Below, in pieces: positions 26,069 through 39,546 of a stretch of 64,000 bases of DNA. The notes beneath the pieces are model-generated. The model did not search any database. It was not told where the DNA came from and worked only from the letters and a program-made list of their open reading frames with translations. Position 1 is the stretch's first letter. Each line of letters opens with the position of its first letter. Position numbers and translations under genes: made by a program. This DNA comes from Vulcanimicrobiota bacterium (GTDB taxonomy: Bacteria > Vulcanimicrobiota > Vulcanimicrobiia > Vulcanimicrobiales > Vulcanimicrobiaceae), in assembly GCA_963790985.1 (NCBI GenBank), contig CAWBQB010000003.1, positions 853,003 through 917,002 on the forward strand, written 5' to 3'.

Positions 26069-27367
26069 CTATGAGGGGACGGGCTCGACGAAAACGCGCG
26101 CGCCCTCGACGCGCACGACCCGAATCGATGTTCCCGCAGCGATGAACTCACCCTCCGTCAGCACGTCAACGCGCTGGCCGTCGATCGTTGCGATCCCGGC
26201 AGGGCGCAGGAAGCTGGCGGCCGTCCCGGCGCGTCCGCGCAGGTGGGTGCGGTCGGCGCTGGCAACGTACTCCGGGCCTTGCGCTGCCACCAGCGCGAGG
26301 CGATGCGCCCAGGCGTTCTGCGGAACCGCGCGGACGGTCAGGGTGAAGGCAATGACGGTCAGCACGATCGCGGTGGCGAGCGTCTCGATGCCGACGAAGA
26401 AAAACGGCAGTCCAAAGGCAAACAGCACCGCCAGAAGCAGCGCCAGCACGCCGAGGATTCCCGGCACCCCGTGCCCCGGCACGACGTGCAGCTCCCAGAG
26501 GATGCCGAAGAGGCCGAGCACCGCGAGCACGGCGACCAGCCCGTTGGAAAAACCAGCGTAGACGTGGCTCCCGAAGAACAGTGCCAGCGCGCCGATGCCG
26601 ATGAGGCCGGCGATGCCGTGAAGCGTCTGCATCTCGATGAGCAGGCCGAGCATTCCTAACGTCAAGAGCAGCCCGCTGACGGCCGGGTCGGTAGCGAAAC
26701 GGGCGACGCGTTCGGCCCACGTGAAGGACTCGACGATGCGCGGTGCGTCGGCGAGGTGCTGCTGCGCGAGCGCGGCGTCGAGCGTGGGCGCCGTCGAGTC
26801 GGCGATGCCCGCGCGCACCGCATCTTCGGTGTTCAGCGTTAGAATCGCGCCGGCGCGTTTGTACTCGGGAAGATCCACCTGCTTGTCGACCATCGCGGCG
26901 GCCACCTTCGGATTGCGATGATTGCGCTCGGCGGTGGACTCGAACTCGCCGCGCAGGCCGGAGATCATCTTCGCCGTGGCCGGAATCGGCTCGGCCGCCC
27001 CGATGGACGCGCCCGGCGCCATGACGATGCGGTTGGCCGCGAGCGATATGAGCGCGGCTGCGGAGTACGCGCGCTGCCCCACGTACGCGACGACCGGTTC
27101 CTGCGCCGAGAAGAGCGCGTCGCGGATCCGGAATGCGGCGTCAACGAGCCCGCCGGGGCTATTTACCTCGAGCACGATGGCGCGCGCGTGGGTTTGATTT
27201 GCCTCGTCCACCGAGCGCTCGACGAGGTGGGCCATCCCGCCGTCTACGGTTCCATCGATCGGCACGACGACGATCGGATTCCCAAATGGGGCCCCGGCGG
27301 CGACTCCCGCCACGCCGCAGAGCAGCAAGCCCAACGACACGGCGGCGCGCAGACGCAACGCTTTCAT
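26069..27367 (-). CDS. nfeD: NfeD-family membrane-bound ClpP-class serine protease
   Basis: Signal peptide, ClpP-like domain (INSPGG..., AYSAAALI), multi-TM region and a C-terminal NfeD OB domain. It is adjacent to floA, as is typical. Confidence 0.8.
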   Translation of the reverse strand: MKALRLRAAVSLGLLLCGVAGVAAGAPFGNPIVVVPIDGTVDGGMAHLVERSVDEANQTHARAIVLEVNSPGGLVDAAFRIRDALFSAQEPVVAYVGQRAYSAAALISLAANRIVMAPGASIGAAEPIPATAKMISGLRGEFESTAERNHRNPKVAAAMVDKQVDLPEYKRAGAILTLNTEDAVRAGIADSTAPTLDAALAQQHLADAPRIVESFTWAERVARFATDPAVSGLLLTLGMLGLLIEMQTLHGIAGLIGIGALALFFGSHVYAGFSNGLVAVLAVLGLFGILWELHVVPGHGVPGILGVLALLLAVLFAFGLPFFFVGIETLATAIVLTVIAFTLTVRAVPQNAWAHRLALVAAQGPEYVASADRTHLRGRAGTAASFLRPAGIATIDGQRVDVLTEGEFIAAGTSIRVVRVEGARVFVEPVPS

Positions 27368-27398
27368 GCCGGGTGGTACCCCGGGCGGTCGCGGGAAG

Positions 27399-27851
27399 TT
27401 ACGGTTGGGCTGCGAGCTCTTCGGCGACGACGTCCCGAACCAGCGTGCCGTCGGCCAGCCCCTTGAGCCGGGGCATCACGTTCTTCATGACCGCACCCGT
27501 ATTGCGCGCCTCCGGCGGCATGCCGGCGAGCGCGCCGCGAACGATCTCGCGCACCTCCTGCGCGGAGAGCTGCTGCGGCAGATAGGCGAGCAAAATCTCG
27601 CGCTCGGCCCGCTCCTTATCGGCGAGATCCATGCGTCCGGCCTTCTCGAATTCGGCAAGCGAGTCCGACCGCTGCTTCGTCAAGCGGCGAACGACGTCGA
27701 GCTCGTCGGCTTCCGACAGCTCCGTGCCGCTCTCGGTGCGCTTGTAGATGAAGCCGGACAGCGCCGATCGCAGGGTGTCGAGGCGCAATTGGTCGCGAGC
27801 CCTCATCGCCTCCTTGAGATCGGAGGCGATGCGATCTTTCAGTGCTCCCAC
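27399..27851 (-). CDS. GatB/YqeY domain protein
   Basis: LKDRIASDLKEAMRARDQLRLDTLR is the YqeY N-terminal pattern. It lies downstream of rpsU, as in Bacillus. Confidence 0.8.
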   Translation of the reverse strand: MGALKDRIASDLKEAMRARDQLRLDTLRSALSGFIYKRTESGTELSEADELDVVRRLTKQRSDSLAEFEKAGRMDLADKERAEREILLAYLPQQLSAQEVREIVRGALAGMPPEARNTGAVMKNVMPRLKGLADGTLVRDVVAEELAAQP

Positions 27852-27863
27852 GTAACGGGTGTC

Positions 27864-28034
27864 CTAGGCTCGGCGCTTGCGAGCCGCAGCCGACTTCTTC
27901 TTCTTGCGGACGCTGGGCTTTTCGTAGTGCTCGTGCTTGCGGGCCTCGGCGAGAATGCCGGCCTTCTGGGTGGCCTTCTTAAAGCGGCGCAACGCGCTCT
28001 CGATCGTTTCTCCCGGAGCGATGCGAACTTCCAT
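27864..28034 (-). CDS. rpsU: 30S ribosomal protein S21
   Basis: Below the track's size cutoff. My translation is [65 protein letters not shown] lies 10 nt upstream of the ATG. Confidence 0.9.
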   Translation of the reverse strand: MEVRIAPGETIESALRRFKKATQKAGILAEARKHEHYEKPSVRKKKKSAAARKRRA

Positions 28035-28083
28035 CTATAGACGACCCCCCTTCAAGCGCGCTCGCGCGGCCGCGCAAGACACG

Positions 28084-28113
28084 AAAAATTAGACCCAAAG
28101 CGGGTCCGGGTCC
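28084..28113 (-). terminator. Weak hairpin plus T-run after the HIT gene (possible terminator/attenuator)
   Basis: The minus strand reads GACCC-gcttt-GGGTC followed by TAATTTTT. The stem is short and rpsU starts only about 50 nt further on. Confidence 0.3.
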
Positions 28114-28163
28114 TACACTAGCACAGCGGCGCGCGCAGCGTCAAATGAAGCGACGCGCCGCGC

Positions 28164-28502
28164 CTAGCCGGGAGGCCAGTGCAGCCGCCGGCCTGCGAGG
28201 ACGTGGAGGTGGACGTGGGCGACCGTCTGCCCCCCGTCGGGCCCGGTATTGACGACCAGACGAAAGCCGTTGCCGCCCCGTTCGCCCCCCAGGCGCGCCG
28301 CAACCGCCACCGCTCGAGCGCACAGAGACGGGTCGGCTTCCGCAAGTTCGCCGATCGTTGCGTAGTGGCGCAGGGGCAGCACGAGCAGATGCGCGGGTGC
28401 CTGCGGATCGAGGTCCTCGATGGCGACGATGCCGTCGTCGCGGTAGGCGACTGCGGCAGGGATCTCGCCGCGGCCGATCCGGCAGAAAACGCAGTCGTCC
28501 AT
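28164..28502 (-). CDS. HIT-family (histidine triad) nucleotide hydrolase
   Basis: CVFCRI..., the HVHLHVL triad motif and a length of 112 aa. Confidence 0.9.
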   Translation of the reverse strand: MDDCVFCRIGRGEIPAAVAYRDDGIVAIEDLDPQAPAHLLVLPLRHYATIGELAEADPSLCARAVAVAARLGGERGGNGFRLVVNTGPDGGQTVAHVHLHVLAGRRLHWPPG

Positions 28503-30019
28503 CAGTGCGTCCTAATCGTGAAGGTCCACGACTTCGTCGTCGTGTTGCCGGCTTGATCGCTCACGCGAACCGTGACGCGGATCAGCCCCTCGGGATAGCT
28601 GAAGCTCGGCATGTATTGGATGAACTGCGCGGTGCGCACGCACTCGGACGTGACGTCGCGCCCGTCGATCGACATGAACGCGCTCGACGGATTGACCGGC
28701 ACGGCGTCGGCGACGAAGCTTGCGTACACGGCGGGCTGGGTCGTGTTCACCGTCGCGCCCGCATCCGGCGCAAAGTCGGCGATGCCCGGCGGAACGCTCG
28801 AGGCGGAGATGGTTTGCGGCGCCTGGCCTTGCGCGCGCGCCTGACCGGCCGCGAGACGCCCGATGAGCGGAACCTCGTCGAAATTTGCGCCGCGCGGGAT
28901 CGTGTAGCTTCCGGCGTACGTCCCGGGGGAGACCTCGCGCATCGCCTGATTTGCCACGTCCGAACCGATGTCGAACGTTGCCGCCGCGGCCGGCGTTCCG
29001 TGCATCGTCACGTGGATCGTCTCGCCCTGGCGCAACGGCCGGTTCGCGTCGGTGCCGACCGACGAAACCGCGAGCGCTCCGGGCGCTGTCGCCGCCGTTC
29101 CGGCAATGCTGCGGCTCGCCAGCACCTCGCGAACTTCGTTGGTCTCGACGTTGTACCGCACGGTTACGACGTCGCTGGGGCGCAGGTCGGTGAAGGCCGC
29201 AGCCTTTCCGTTAAGCGCTACCTCCGTCGTGCGTCCGTCGTAGATGACTTGGCCGTCGTCGAGCACGAATTGGCTGCCCGCAATGGCGACGATGCGCCCG
29301 TTGCGCGACCCGTACTCGTCCACGACGCGCTCCACGCGGCCGTCCTTGCGCATCTGCACGCGCGCGAAATCGCCGGGGCGCACGTCGCCCAGCTCGCCCG
29401 GCGACGTCACGTTGACGTTGACGTTCTCGACGTCGATCACCGCGTTGGGAGCGACGGGGATGGTCTTGACGCCGCCGTTATACCCAAGCGTGATCGTCGG
29501 CGGATCGGAGAGCACGTCTACGGCCGCCACGGTGCCGAAGCGTTCGAAGCCGCCGCCGACCTTCACGAGACCGTCGGCCGAACGGCCGACGAGTTGAGCC
29601 ACGATCGTTACCGTATTGGTGCGGCGGTCGAAATGTGCCTGAGCGCCCAGGACGTCGGTAAAGAAGCGCAGGGAGACGTAGAGGACGTTGTTGATCTCGA
29701 CGGGCGGCGCTTCGAGCGCGAGCGTGGCGCCGTCGATTTGCGCCTGGCGGCTACCGACGGTCAGCGTAACGTTCTTCGAGCCGACCTGCGTCGTGATACG
29801 GTTGCCGCTGCGGTCGAACGCGAGTCCGAGCGCCTCGATCGTGCGCCGCACCGGCACGAGCAGCAGGCTTCCCTCGAAACGCGGCGGCGGCTGCAGGGCG
29901 AGAACGTTGCCGTTGATGACGACCACGATCGGGCGCGCCTGCGCCGCAGGAGCAGCGGCGCCCGCGCGCGCCGCTGCGGCGCAGGCCAAAAGCACCAGTA
30001 CGGTCAGGCTCCGTTTCAC
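28502..30019 (-). CDS. Secreted multidomain protein with N-terminal copper-amine-oxidase-N (stalk) domain and Ig-like/beta-rich repeats
   Basis: GTG 30019 has GGAG 6 nt upstream. The signal peptide is VKRSLTVLVLLACAAAARAGA. This is followed by VVINGNVLALQPPPRFEGSLLLVPVRRTIEALGLAF...QIDGATLALEAPPVEINNVLYVSLRFFTDVLGAQ, which matches the Cu_amine_oxidN1 pattern. Confidence 0.75.
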   Translation of the reverse strand: MKRSLTVLVLLACAAAARAGAAAPAAQARPIVVVINGNVLALQPPPRFEGSLLLVPVRRTIEALGLAFDRSGNRITTQVGSKNVTLTVGSRQAQIDGATLALEAPPVEINNVLYVSLRFFTDVLGAQAHFDRRTNTVTIVAQLVGRSADGLVKVGGGFERFGTVAAVDVLSDPPTITLGYNGGVKTIPVAPNAVIDVENVNVNVTSPGELGDVRPGDFARVQMRKDGRVERVVDEYGSRNGRIVAIAGSQFVLDDGQVIYDGRTTEVALNGKAAAFTDLRPSDVVTVRYNVETNEVREVLASRSIAGTAATAPGALAVSSVGTDANRPLRQGETIHVTMHGTPAAAATFDIGSDVANQAMREVSPGTYAGSYTIPRGANFDEVPLIGRLAAGQARAQGQAPQTISASSVPPGIADFAPDAGATVNTTQPAVYASFVADAVPVNPSSAFMSIDGRDVTSECVRTAQFIQYMPSFSYPEGLIRVTVRVSDQAGNTTTKSWTFTIRTH

Positions 30020-31031
30020 CCTTGCTCCAACACCTCTCGGTAGACGTCCGCCGTCGCGCGCGCGCAGCGGTCCCACGTCAGTTCCCGCGCGGCTTCGCGT
30101 CCCCGCGCGATCGCGCCGGCCCTCAGATCTTCGCCGGAAAGCATCGCAACGAGAACGTTCCGCAGCGCGCCGGCGTCGCGCGCCGCAAAGGTCAACGCCG
30201 CGCGTTCGAGCACGCGGGGCACGGCGTCCGCGCACGCAACGACCGGGCACCCTGCAGCCATTGCTTCGAGCATCGGCAAACCGAACCCCTCACGCAGGGC
30301 GGGCTGCACCAGCGCGCGAGCGCCGGCGTAATACGACACGAGGTCTTCGTCGGCGACCTCACCCAACGCCACGATGCGCCGTCCGCCCGGGCCGGTGCGC
30401 TGCAGCTCCGCCGGGAAATCGTCGGGACCGGTAACGTAGAGGTCGGCGCAGAGCGCTTCCGGCAGCGAGGACCACGCAGTAAAAAGCGTCGCGAGATCTT
30501 TGTGCGGCCGGTGGTTTCCGACGTAGAGCACGTACGGGCGCTCTTGGGCTCGAGGCCGCGCCGCGGCGAAGAACGCTTCTCCGACGCCCAGCGGTATCAC
30601 GCGGATTTTCGCGGCCGCAACGCCGAGCAGCGTAACGAGGTCGGCGACGGTGCGTTCGTCGTCGGTGATGACGCGTGCGGCACGCGCGCATGCGAGCCGC
30701 ACGGCCGTGCGATAGTAGGGCCCCACCTTGCGCTTAAAGTACTGCGGAAAGCGCAGGTGGATCAGGTCGTGGATGGTCACGATCGACGGGCCCGGCGCGA
30801 GCAGCGGCACGTAGAGCGAGAGGAAGTGCACGAGGCCGAGACGGGCCTTGCGCATTGCAAGCGGCAGCGCGACCTGTTCGTCCCAGCCAAAGTTTGACCC
30901 GCGCGTGAACGCGACGTATTCGTACTCGGGAGCGACCTTCGGGAGGCGCCGCACGAGTTCGCGCACGTACGTCGCCATGCCGACCGAGACCTGACGCGTC
31001 AAGCGCGCGTCGAGTCCGACGCGCGCCGCGC

Positions 31032-31035
<4 letters not shown>
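30016..31035 (-). CDS. Glycosyltransferase family 4 (GT-B, RfaG-like)
   Basis: Begins VGLDARL...GMATYVRELV. The C-terminal EGFGLPMLEAMAAGCPVV is the EX7E region. GTG 31035 overlaps the upstream stop (GTGA). Confidence 0.85.
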
Positions 31036-34346
<3,311 letters not shown>

Positions 34347-34349
34347 GGC

Positions 34350-35435
34350 TTACGCGCTCGGCTCGCCGGCCAACAGGCGCGCGCGCTCGTCGGCGATGAG
34401 CTCCTGCGCGAGCGGAGCGAGGTTGCCGTCCAGGATTCCGCGGATGTTCCCGAAGCTGCGGTTGATGCGGTGATCGGTGACGCGGTCTTGAGGAAAATTG
34501 TACGTCCGAATTTTCTCGGATCGTTCGCCGCTGCCGACTTGCGAGCGCCGCAGCGAACCGACTGCCTCTTCCTGTTCTCGCCGCCTGCGGTCGAAGATCG
34601 TGGCGCGCAGCATCTGCATCGCCTTTTCCCGGTTCTGCTGCTGCGAGCGCTCCTGCTGGGACGCAACGATGATGCCCGTGGGCACGTGCGTGATACGGAT
34701 CGCCGATTCCGTCTTGTTCACGTACTGACCGCCGGCACCCGACGACTTGTACGTGTCGATCTGCAGGTCGCCCGGTTTAATCTCGATCTCGACGTCGTCT
34801 TCGATTTGCGGCAGCACGGCGACCGTCGCGGTGCTCGTGTGGATACGGCCCTGGGCTTCGGTTGCCGGAACGCGCTGGACGCGATGCACCCCCGACTCGT
34901 GCTTGAGGACGCGGTACGGCGCGTTCCCTTTCACGCCGAAGACGATCTCTTTGTAACCGCCGGCATCGCTCGGATTCTCCGAGACGAGCTCGACCTTGAG
35001 GCCGGTCGTTTCGGCAAAGCGCATGTACATGCGTGCCAAGTCGCCTGCGAAGATCGCCGCCTCGTCGCCGCCCGTACCCGCGCGGATTTCAACGAACACG
35101 TCCCGTCCGTCGTTCGGATCGCGCGGCAGCATGAGCTGGGTAAGCTCGCCTTCGAGCGCCGCGGCGCGTTCGCGCAGCCGCTCGTTTTCTTCCTCCGCAA
35201 GCGCCTTGAGCTCCCCGTCACCCTGACGCGCGAGCGCGGCGTTCGCATCCATCTCCCGGCGCACGTCGCGCAGCCGGCGAAAGGTTGCGACCGGGTCTTC
35301 TAATTGCGCGCGCTCTTTGACCAGCGCGGTGTACCGCGCTTGATCGAAACTGCCGGATGGGTTGGCGAGCTGCGCCTCGATTTCGTCGAACCGCCGCGCC
35401 ATAGTCTCGAGGCGCGCGTTGGCCGCGTCACTCAA
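34350..35435 (-). CDS. prfA: Peptide chain release factor 1
   Basis: The RVPATE (PxT) tripeptide anticodon and SGAGGQYVNKTESAIRITH (GGQ) are present. Confidence 0.95.
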   Translation of the reverse strand: MSDAANARLETMARRFDEIEAQLANPSGSFDQARYTALVKERAQLEDPVATFRRLRDVRREMDANAALARQGDGELKALAEEENERLRERAAALEGELTQLMLPRDPNDGRDVFVEIRAGTGGDEAAIFAGDLARMYMRFAETTGLKVELVSENPSDAGGYKEIVFGVKGNAPYRVLKHESGVHRVQRVPATEAQGRIHTSTATVAVLPQIEDDVEIEIKPGDLQIDTYKSSGAGGQYVNKTESAIRITHVPTGIIVASQQERSQQQNREKAMQMLRATIFDRRRREQEEAVGSLRRSQVGSGERSEKIRTYNFPQDRVTDHRINRSFGNIRGILDGNLAPLAQELIADERARLLAGEPSA

Positions 35436-35459
35436 CGGCGAGATCCCGGCGCGCGCTCC

Positions 35460-35738
35460 CTAGAGCGCTGCGGCGGCCTTCTTCGCCTCGCGTGCGACCT
35501 TGCGGGCGGCGGCCTCTTCTTGCTTCTTCTGGGCGGCTGCGCTGCGCTGGTTGAACTTGTCTACACGTCCGGCGGTGTCCACGAGCTTTTGCTGCCCGGT
35601 GAACAGCGGATGGCACGCGGCGCAGATCTCGACCGAGATCTCCGCCAGCGTCGAACCGGTCACGAAACTGTTCCCGCAGGCACAGTGCACGCGCGCTTCG
35701 GGATACCATTTCGGATGAATCTTCGTCTTCACAGCCAT
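35460..35738 (-). CDS. rpmE: 50S ribosomal protein L31 with basic Ala/Lys C-terminal extension
   Basis: [20 protein letters not shown]...[25 protein letters not shown]. Confidence 0.9.
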   Translation of the reverse strand: MAVKTKIHPKWYPEARVHCACGNSFVTGSTLAEISVEICAACHPLFTGQQKLVDTAGRVDKFNQRSAAAQKKQEEAAARKVAREAKKAAAAL

Positions 35739-35811
35739 TGCATTATACCAAGGCTGTCAAAAGCGGCAACCGCGGAGGAGGCCCCCCGGCCCCTCCCAAA
35801 GCCTCAACGCT

Positions 35812-36435
35812 GTGAAGCCGCCTTCGTTAGCCGCAAGCGCCGTCGCCGGCGCCAGCCTCGTCGCCATCCTCGTCGCCGGGGGCCACGGCACTCCCACGGC
35901 CGCAGCCACACCGCCGCCGACCCCCCCGCCGATTAGCGGAACGCCGGTAACGCCCCAGCCGCAGCCCTCGACCTATCCCGACGACGCAATGCCCGGCGCT
36001 GGGCCCGCCCGGGGCGCGCCGGGAGCCTCGGCGACGCCCAGCCCGCCTCCGGCCGCCCGCAAGGGCCTAGACGGCGTCTGGGAGGTCGCAATCCAGCGCC
36101 CGAACTCCAACCTCGCCGAATACACGCATTTCCAGATCCAGCAGCAGGGCGACGCGCTCAGCGGCGTCTACCTCGACAGGAAGGGCACCAAGTTTCCGCT
36201 CGCCGGATCGGTTGACAGCGGAAACGTGCGGCTGATCGTGTCGCTCCCCAACGGCACGACGCTCCTGCTCGAAGGCAAGCTCGACGGCACGACCGACATG
36301 ATCGGCATCATTACCAGCTCCGAAGGCGAGGTGCCGTTCACCGCGGCCTACCGGCCGAAAGAGAAGTGGATCGAAAACGTCAACCCGTCGCCCGGCGGCG
36401 TCGGCGGCCAGGGCGGCGGCTACACCCCGCCCTAG
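35812..36435 (+). CDS. Secreted hypothetical protein with Pro-rich linker
   Basis: GTG start and a signal-like N-terminus, then a TPPPTPPP linker and a roughly 110-aa beta-rich domain (GVWEVAIQRPNSNLAEYTHFQIQQQGDALSGVY...). Confidence 0.6.
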   Translation: MKPPSLAASAVAGASLVAILVAGGHGTPTAAATPPPTPPPISGTPVTPQPQPSTYPDDAMPGAGPARGAPGASATPSPPPAARKGLDGVWEVAIQRPNSNLAEYTHFQIQQQGDALSGVYLDRKGTKFPLAGSVDSGNVRLIVSLPNGTTLLLEGKLDGTTDMIGIITSSEGEVPFTAAYRPKEKWIENVNPSPGGVGGQGGGYTPP

Positions 36436-36441
36436 CGGGCA

Positions 36442-36951
36442 CTAGCCGCCGGTTTGAGCGAGGCGCGCCTCGACGTAGGGAACGAGGCCGCCGGCATCGA
36501 TCAGCGAGCGCATGAACGGCGGGAACTCAGCGGCGCGGTACTCCGTGCCCTTCGTAATGTTCCGCACGACGCCCGTCGCCGGCTCGAGCTCGATCTCATC
36601 GCCCGACTCGATGCCGTCAACGGCCTCGGCCGACTCGAAGATCGGCAGCCCGATGTTCAGCGCGTTGCGATAGAAGATTCTCGCGAAGCTCTTGGCGATC
36701 ACGGCCGACGTGCCCGACCCTTTGATCGCGATCGGTGCGACCTCGCGGCTGGAGCCGCAGCCGAAGTTCGTCTCCGCGACGATGATGTCGCCGGCCGACA
36801 TGCGCGCCGTATACTCGGGGTCGAGCCCTTCGAGCGCGTGTTTCCCAAGCTCGGCCTGATCCACGATATTGCAGTACTTCCCGGGGATGATGACGTCGGT
36901 GTCGACGTTCTTTCCGTACTTATGAGCGCGGCCGCGCAACGTCGCTTCCAC
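36442..36951 (-). CDS. leuD: 3-isopropylmalate/homoaconitate dehydratase small subunit (short archaeal-type LeuD)
   Basis: [14 protein letters not shown]...[12 protein letters not shown] motif, 169 aa. Confidence 0.8.
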   Translation of the reverse strand: MEATLRGRAHKYGKNVDTDVIIPGKYCNIVDQAELGKHALEGLDPEYTARMSAGDIIVAETNFGCGSSREVAPIAIKGSGTSAVIAKSFARIFYRNALNIGLPIFESAEAVDGIESGDEIELEPATGVVRNITKGTEYRAAEFPPFMRSLIDAGGLVPYVEARLAQTGG

Positions 36952-36952
36952 G

Positions 36953-38257
36953 TTAGGCTCTCCCTTTGGTCGCGACCAGTTCGGGAACGAGCACTTCCCG
37001 CGGATCGGTGATCCTGCCGGTGAGCGCCGAGGCGGCGCAGGTCGCCGGCGACGCGAGGAACACTTCGGCTTTGGGCGAGCCCATCCGTCCGACGTAGTTC
37101 CGATTCGTGGTCGAGATCGCGCGTTCGCCGTCGCCCAAGGTGCCCATGTGCCCGCCGAAGCAGGCGCCGCAACCCGGCGTGTTCACGGCACAGCCGGCCG
37201 CGGCGAGCGTCGTGAGGATTCCCTCGGTCGCCGCCTGCATCCAGACCTTCTGCGAGCCCGGGTTAACGATCACGCGCAGGCTCGGCGCGATTCGCCGGCC
37301 TTCGAGAATCTTCGCCACGACCCGCAAGTCTTCGATGTAGCCGTTCGTGCACGATCCGATAAAGACTTGGTCGACGGGAACGTCATCGCGCACGACCTCG
37401 GAGATCGGATGGACGTTGTCGGGCGTATGCGGGCAGGCGACCTGCGGTTCCAGCGCACCGATGTCTATCGAAACGACGCGCTCGTACGCCGCATCGGGAT
37501 CGGCCCGCTCGACGACGAACGGGCGGTTCGTGCGCTCTTTGACGTAGGCGATGGTTTTCTCGTCGGCGTGGAATATGCCGTTCTTCGCGCCGGCCTCGAT
37601 CGCCATGTTCGCCATCGTGATGCGCCCGGTGATGGAAAGCTCGTCAACCGTGGTGCCGTGATACTCGATCGCGCGGTACGTCGCGCCGTCGATGCCCAGC
37701 TCGCCGACGGTGCGCAGCATGATGTCTTTCGCGTAGACCATCGGCCCCGGCGTTCCGCTGTAGACGAGTTTGATCGAAGCGGGAACCTTCAGCCAGACCT
37801 CGCCGAGCACGAAGGCCGCGGCGATGTCCGTCGAGCCCATGCCCGTTGCAAAGGCGCCGAACGCGCCGTACGTGCACGTGTGGGAATCGCCGCCGACGAT
37901 GAGCTCGCCCGGGGCGACGAGACCTTCCTCCGGAAGCACGACGTGCTCGATTCCGCCGCGCCCGACGTCGAAGTAGTGTTCGACGCCTTGCTCGATGGCG
38001 AAGTCCTTCATGAGCTTGGCGAGCTTCGCCGACTGCGCGTCCTTAGCCGGGACGAAGTGATCCGCTACCAACGCGATCTTGCTCGCATCGAAAACCCGCC
38101 CGGCGCCCTTCATGCCGCGCATGACGCCGATGGCGACCGCGGCGGAAAGCTCGTTGGCGAGAACGAGATCCACCTTCGCGTTGATGATCTGCCCAGGCTC
38201 GACGCGATCGAGCCCGGCGTGGCGAGCCAGAATTTTTTCGGTAAGTGTCATCCCCAT
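36953..38257 (-). CDS. leuC: 3-isopropylmalate/homoaconitate dehydratase large subunit (aconitase family)
   Basis: MTLTEKILARHAG, GGDSHTCTYGAFGAFA and NPGCGACFG Fe-S ligand motifs are present. The start is at MGMTL (38257). Confidence 0.8.
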   Translation of the reverse strand: MGMTLTEKILARHAGLDRVEPGQIINAKVDLVLANELSAAVAIGVMRGMKGAGRVFDASKIALVADHFVPAKDAQSAKLAKLMKDFAIEQGVEHYFDVGRGGIEHVVLPEEGLVAPGELIVGGDSHTCTYGAFGAFATGMGSTDIAAAFVLGEVWLKVPASIKLVYSGTPGPMVYAKDIMLRTVGELGIDGATYRAIEYHGTTVDELSITGRITMANMAIEAGAKNGIFHADEKTIAYVKERTNRPFVVERADPDAAYERVVSIDIGALEPQVACPHTPDNVHPISEVVRDDVPVDQVFIGSCTNGYIEDLRVVAKILEGRRIAPSLRVIVNPGSQKVWMQAATEGILTTLAAAGCAVNTPGCGACFGGHMGTLGDGERAISTTNRNYVGRMGSPKAEVFLASPATCAASALTGRITDPREVLVPELVATKGRA

Positions 38258-38301
38258 GATACGGGCAGTATAAGGCGAAGTAGGCTCCGGGACCTTCGAC
38301 G

Positions 38302-39546
38302 ATGCAAGCAGATAGAGAGTTCGGTTTCGCAACGCGCGCGCTGCACGCGGGCACGCCGCCCGACCCGGTCACCGGGTCGCGCGCCGCGCCGCTCTACCAG
38401 ACGTCCGCGTACGTATTCGAGTCGACCGAGCAGGCGGCCGAGCTCTTTGCCTTGCGCGGCTACGGGCACATCTACAGCCGCATCAGCAACCCGACGGTCG
38501 CGGCCTTCGAAGAGCGCATGGCCAGCCTCGAGGGCGGCCTCGGCGCGGTCGCATTCTCCAGCGGCTTGGCGGCGCAGCTCTGCACCGTGCTCTCGCTCGC
38601 GCAGGCGGGCGACCATCTCGTCTGCGCGCAGAGCGTCTACGGCGGCACGCTGACGCAGTTCGGCGTCACCGTGAAGCGGATGGGCATCGAGACGGCCTTC
38701 GTTCCGGCCGAGGATCTCGACGCGGTACGCGCGGCGCTCCGCCCGGAGACGAAGCTGCTCTTCGTCGAGACGGTCGGCAACCCGTCCGGTATCGTGGCCG
38801 ATCTCACGTCGCTCGCGGCGCTAGCTCACGACCACGGCATTCCGTTGGTCGTGGACAACACGTTCGCGACGCCGTACCTCTGCCGGCCGATCGCGCTCGG
38901 CGCCGACGTCGTGCTTCACTCGGCCACGAAGTTCATCAACGGGCACGGTACCGCAATCGGCGGCGTGCTGGTCGAATCGGGCGCGTTCCCCTGGGGGAAC
39001 GGACGCTTTCCGCTGCTCTCGGAGCCGAGCCCCGGCTACCATCACAAGGTCTTTACCGAGACGTTCGGCGAGTACGCATTCCTCATGCGCGCGCGTGCGG
39101 AAGTGCTGCGCGACGTCGGCGCTCAGATGTCGCCGCTCGATGCGTGGCTTGCGCTCATCGGGCTCGAGACGCTTCCCCTGCGCATGGAACGGCACGTGCG
39201 CAACGCTCGCGAGGTCGCCGCGTTCCTCGAAACGCGCCCCGAGGTCGCCTGGGTTCGCGCGCCCGAGCTCGGCTCGATCTTCACGTTCGGTTTGCGCGGC
39301 GGACGCGACGCCGGCCGCCGCTTCATAGACGCGCTCGAGCTCTGGAGCCACCTCGCCAACGTCGGAGATGCGAAAAGCCTCGTCATTCACCCCGCTTCGA
39401 CGACGCATTCGCAGCAAAGCGACGAAGAGCTGCACAAGGCCGGCGTCGCGCCGGAGTCGGTGCGCCTCTCCGTCGGTCTCGAAGACGTCGCCGACCTTAT
39501 CTGGGATCTCGACAACGCGCTGCAAGCGGCAGAACGCACCGAGTGA
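38302..39546 (+). CDS. metY: O-acetylhomoserine aminocarboxypropyltransferase/sulfhydrylase (PLP-dependent, Cys/Met metabolism family)
   Basis: FATRALHAG...YSRISNPT...HSATKFINGHGT (PLP Lys). Confidence 0.85.
   Translation: MQADREFGFATRALHAGTPPDPVTGSRAAPLYQTSAYVFESTEQAAELFALRGYGHIYSRISNPTVAAFEERMASLEGGLGAVAFSSGLAAQLCTVLSLAQAGDHLVCAQSVYGGTLTQFGVTVKRMGIETAFVPAEDLDAVRAALRPETKLLFVETVGNPSGIVADLTSLAALAHDHGIPLVVDNTFATPYLCRPIALGADVVLHSATKFINGHGTAIGGVLVESGAFPWGNGRFPLLSEPSPGYHHKVFTETFGEYAFLMRARAEVLRDVGAQMSPLDAWLALIGLETLPLRMERHVRNAREVAAFLETRPEVAWVRAPELGSIFTFGLRGGRDAGRRFIDALELWSHLANVGDAKSLVIHPASTTHSQQSDEELHKAGVAPESVRLSVGLEDVADLIWDLDNALQAAERTE

Noticed and set aside
38258-38301. A riboswitch, T-box or leader upstream of metY or leuC.
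   Set aside because: The divergent intergenic region is only 44 nt, which is too short for a SAM riboswitch or a T-box. No conserved structure is visible.
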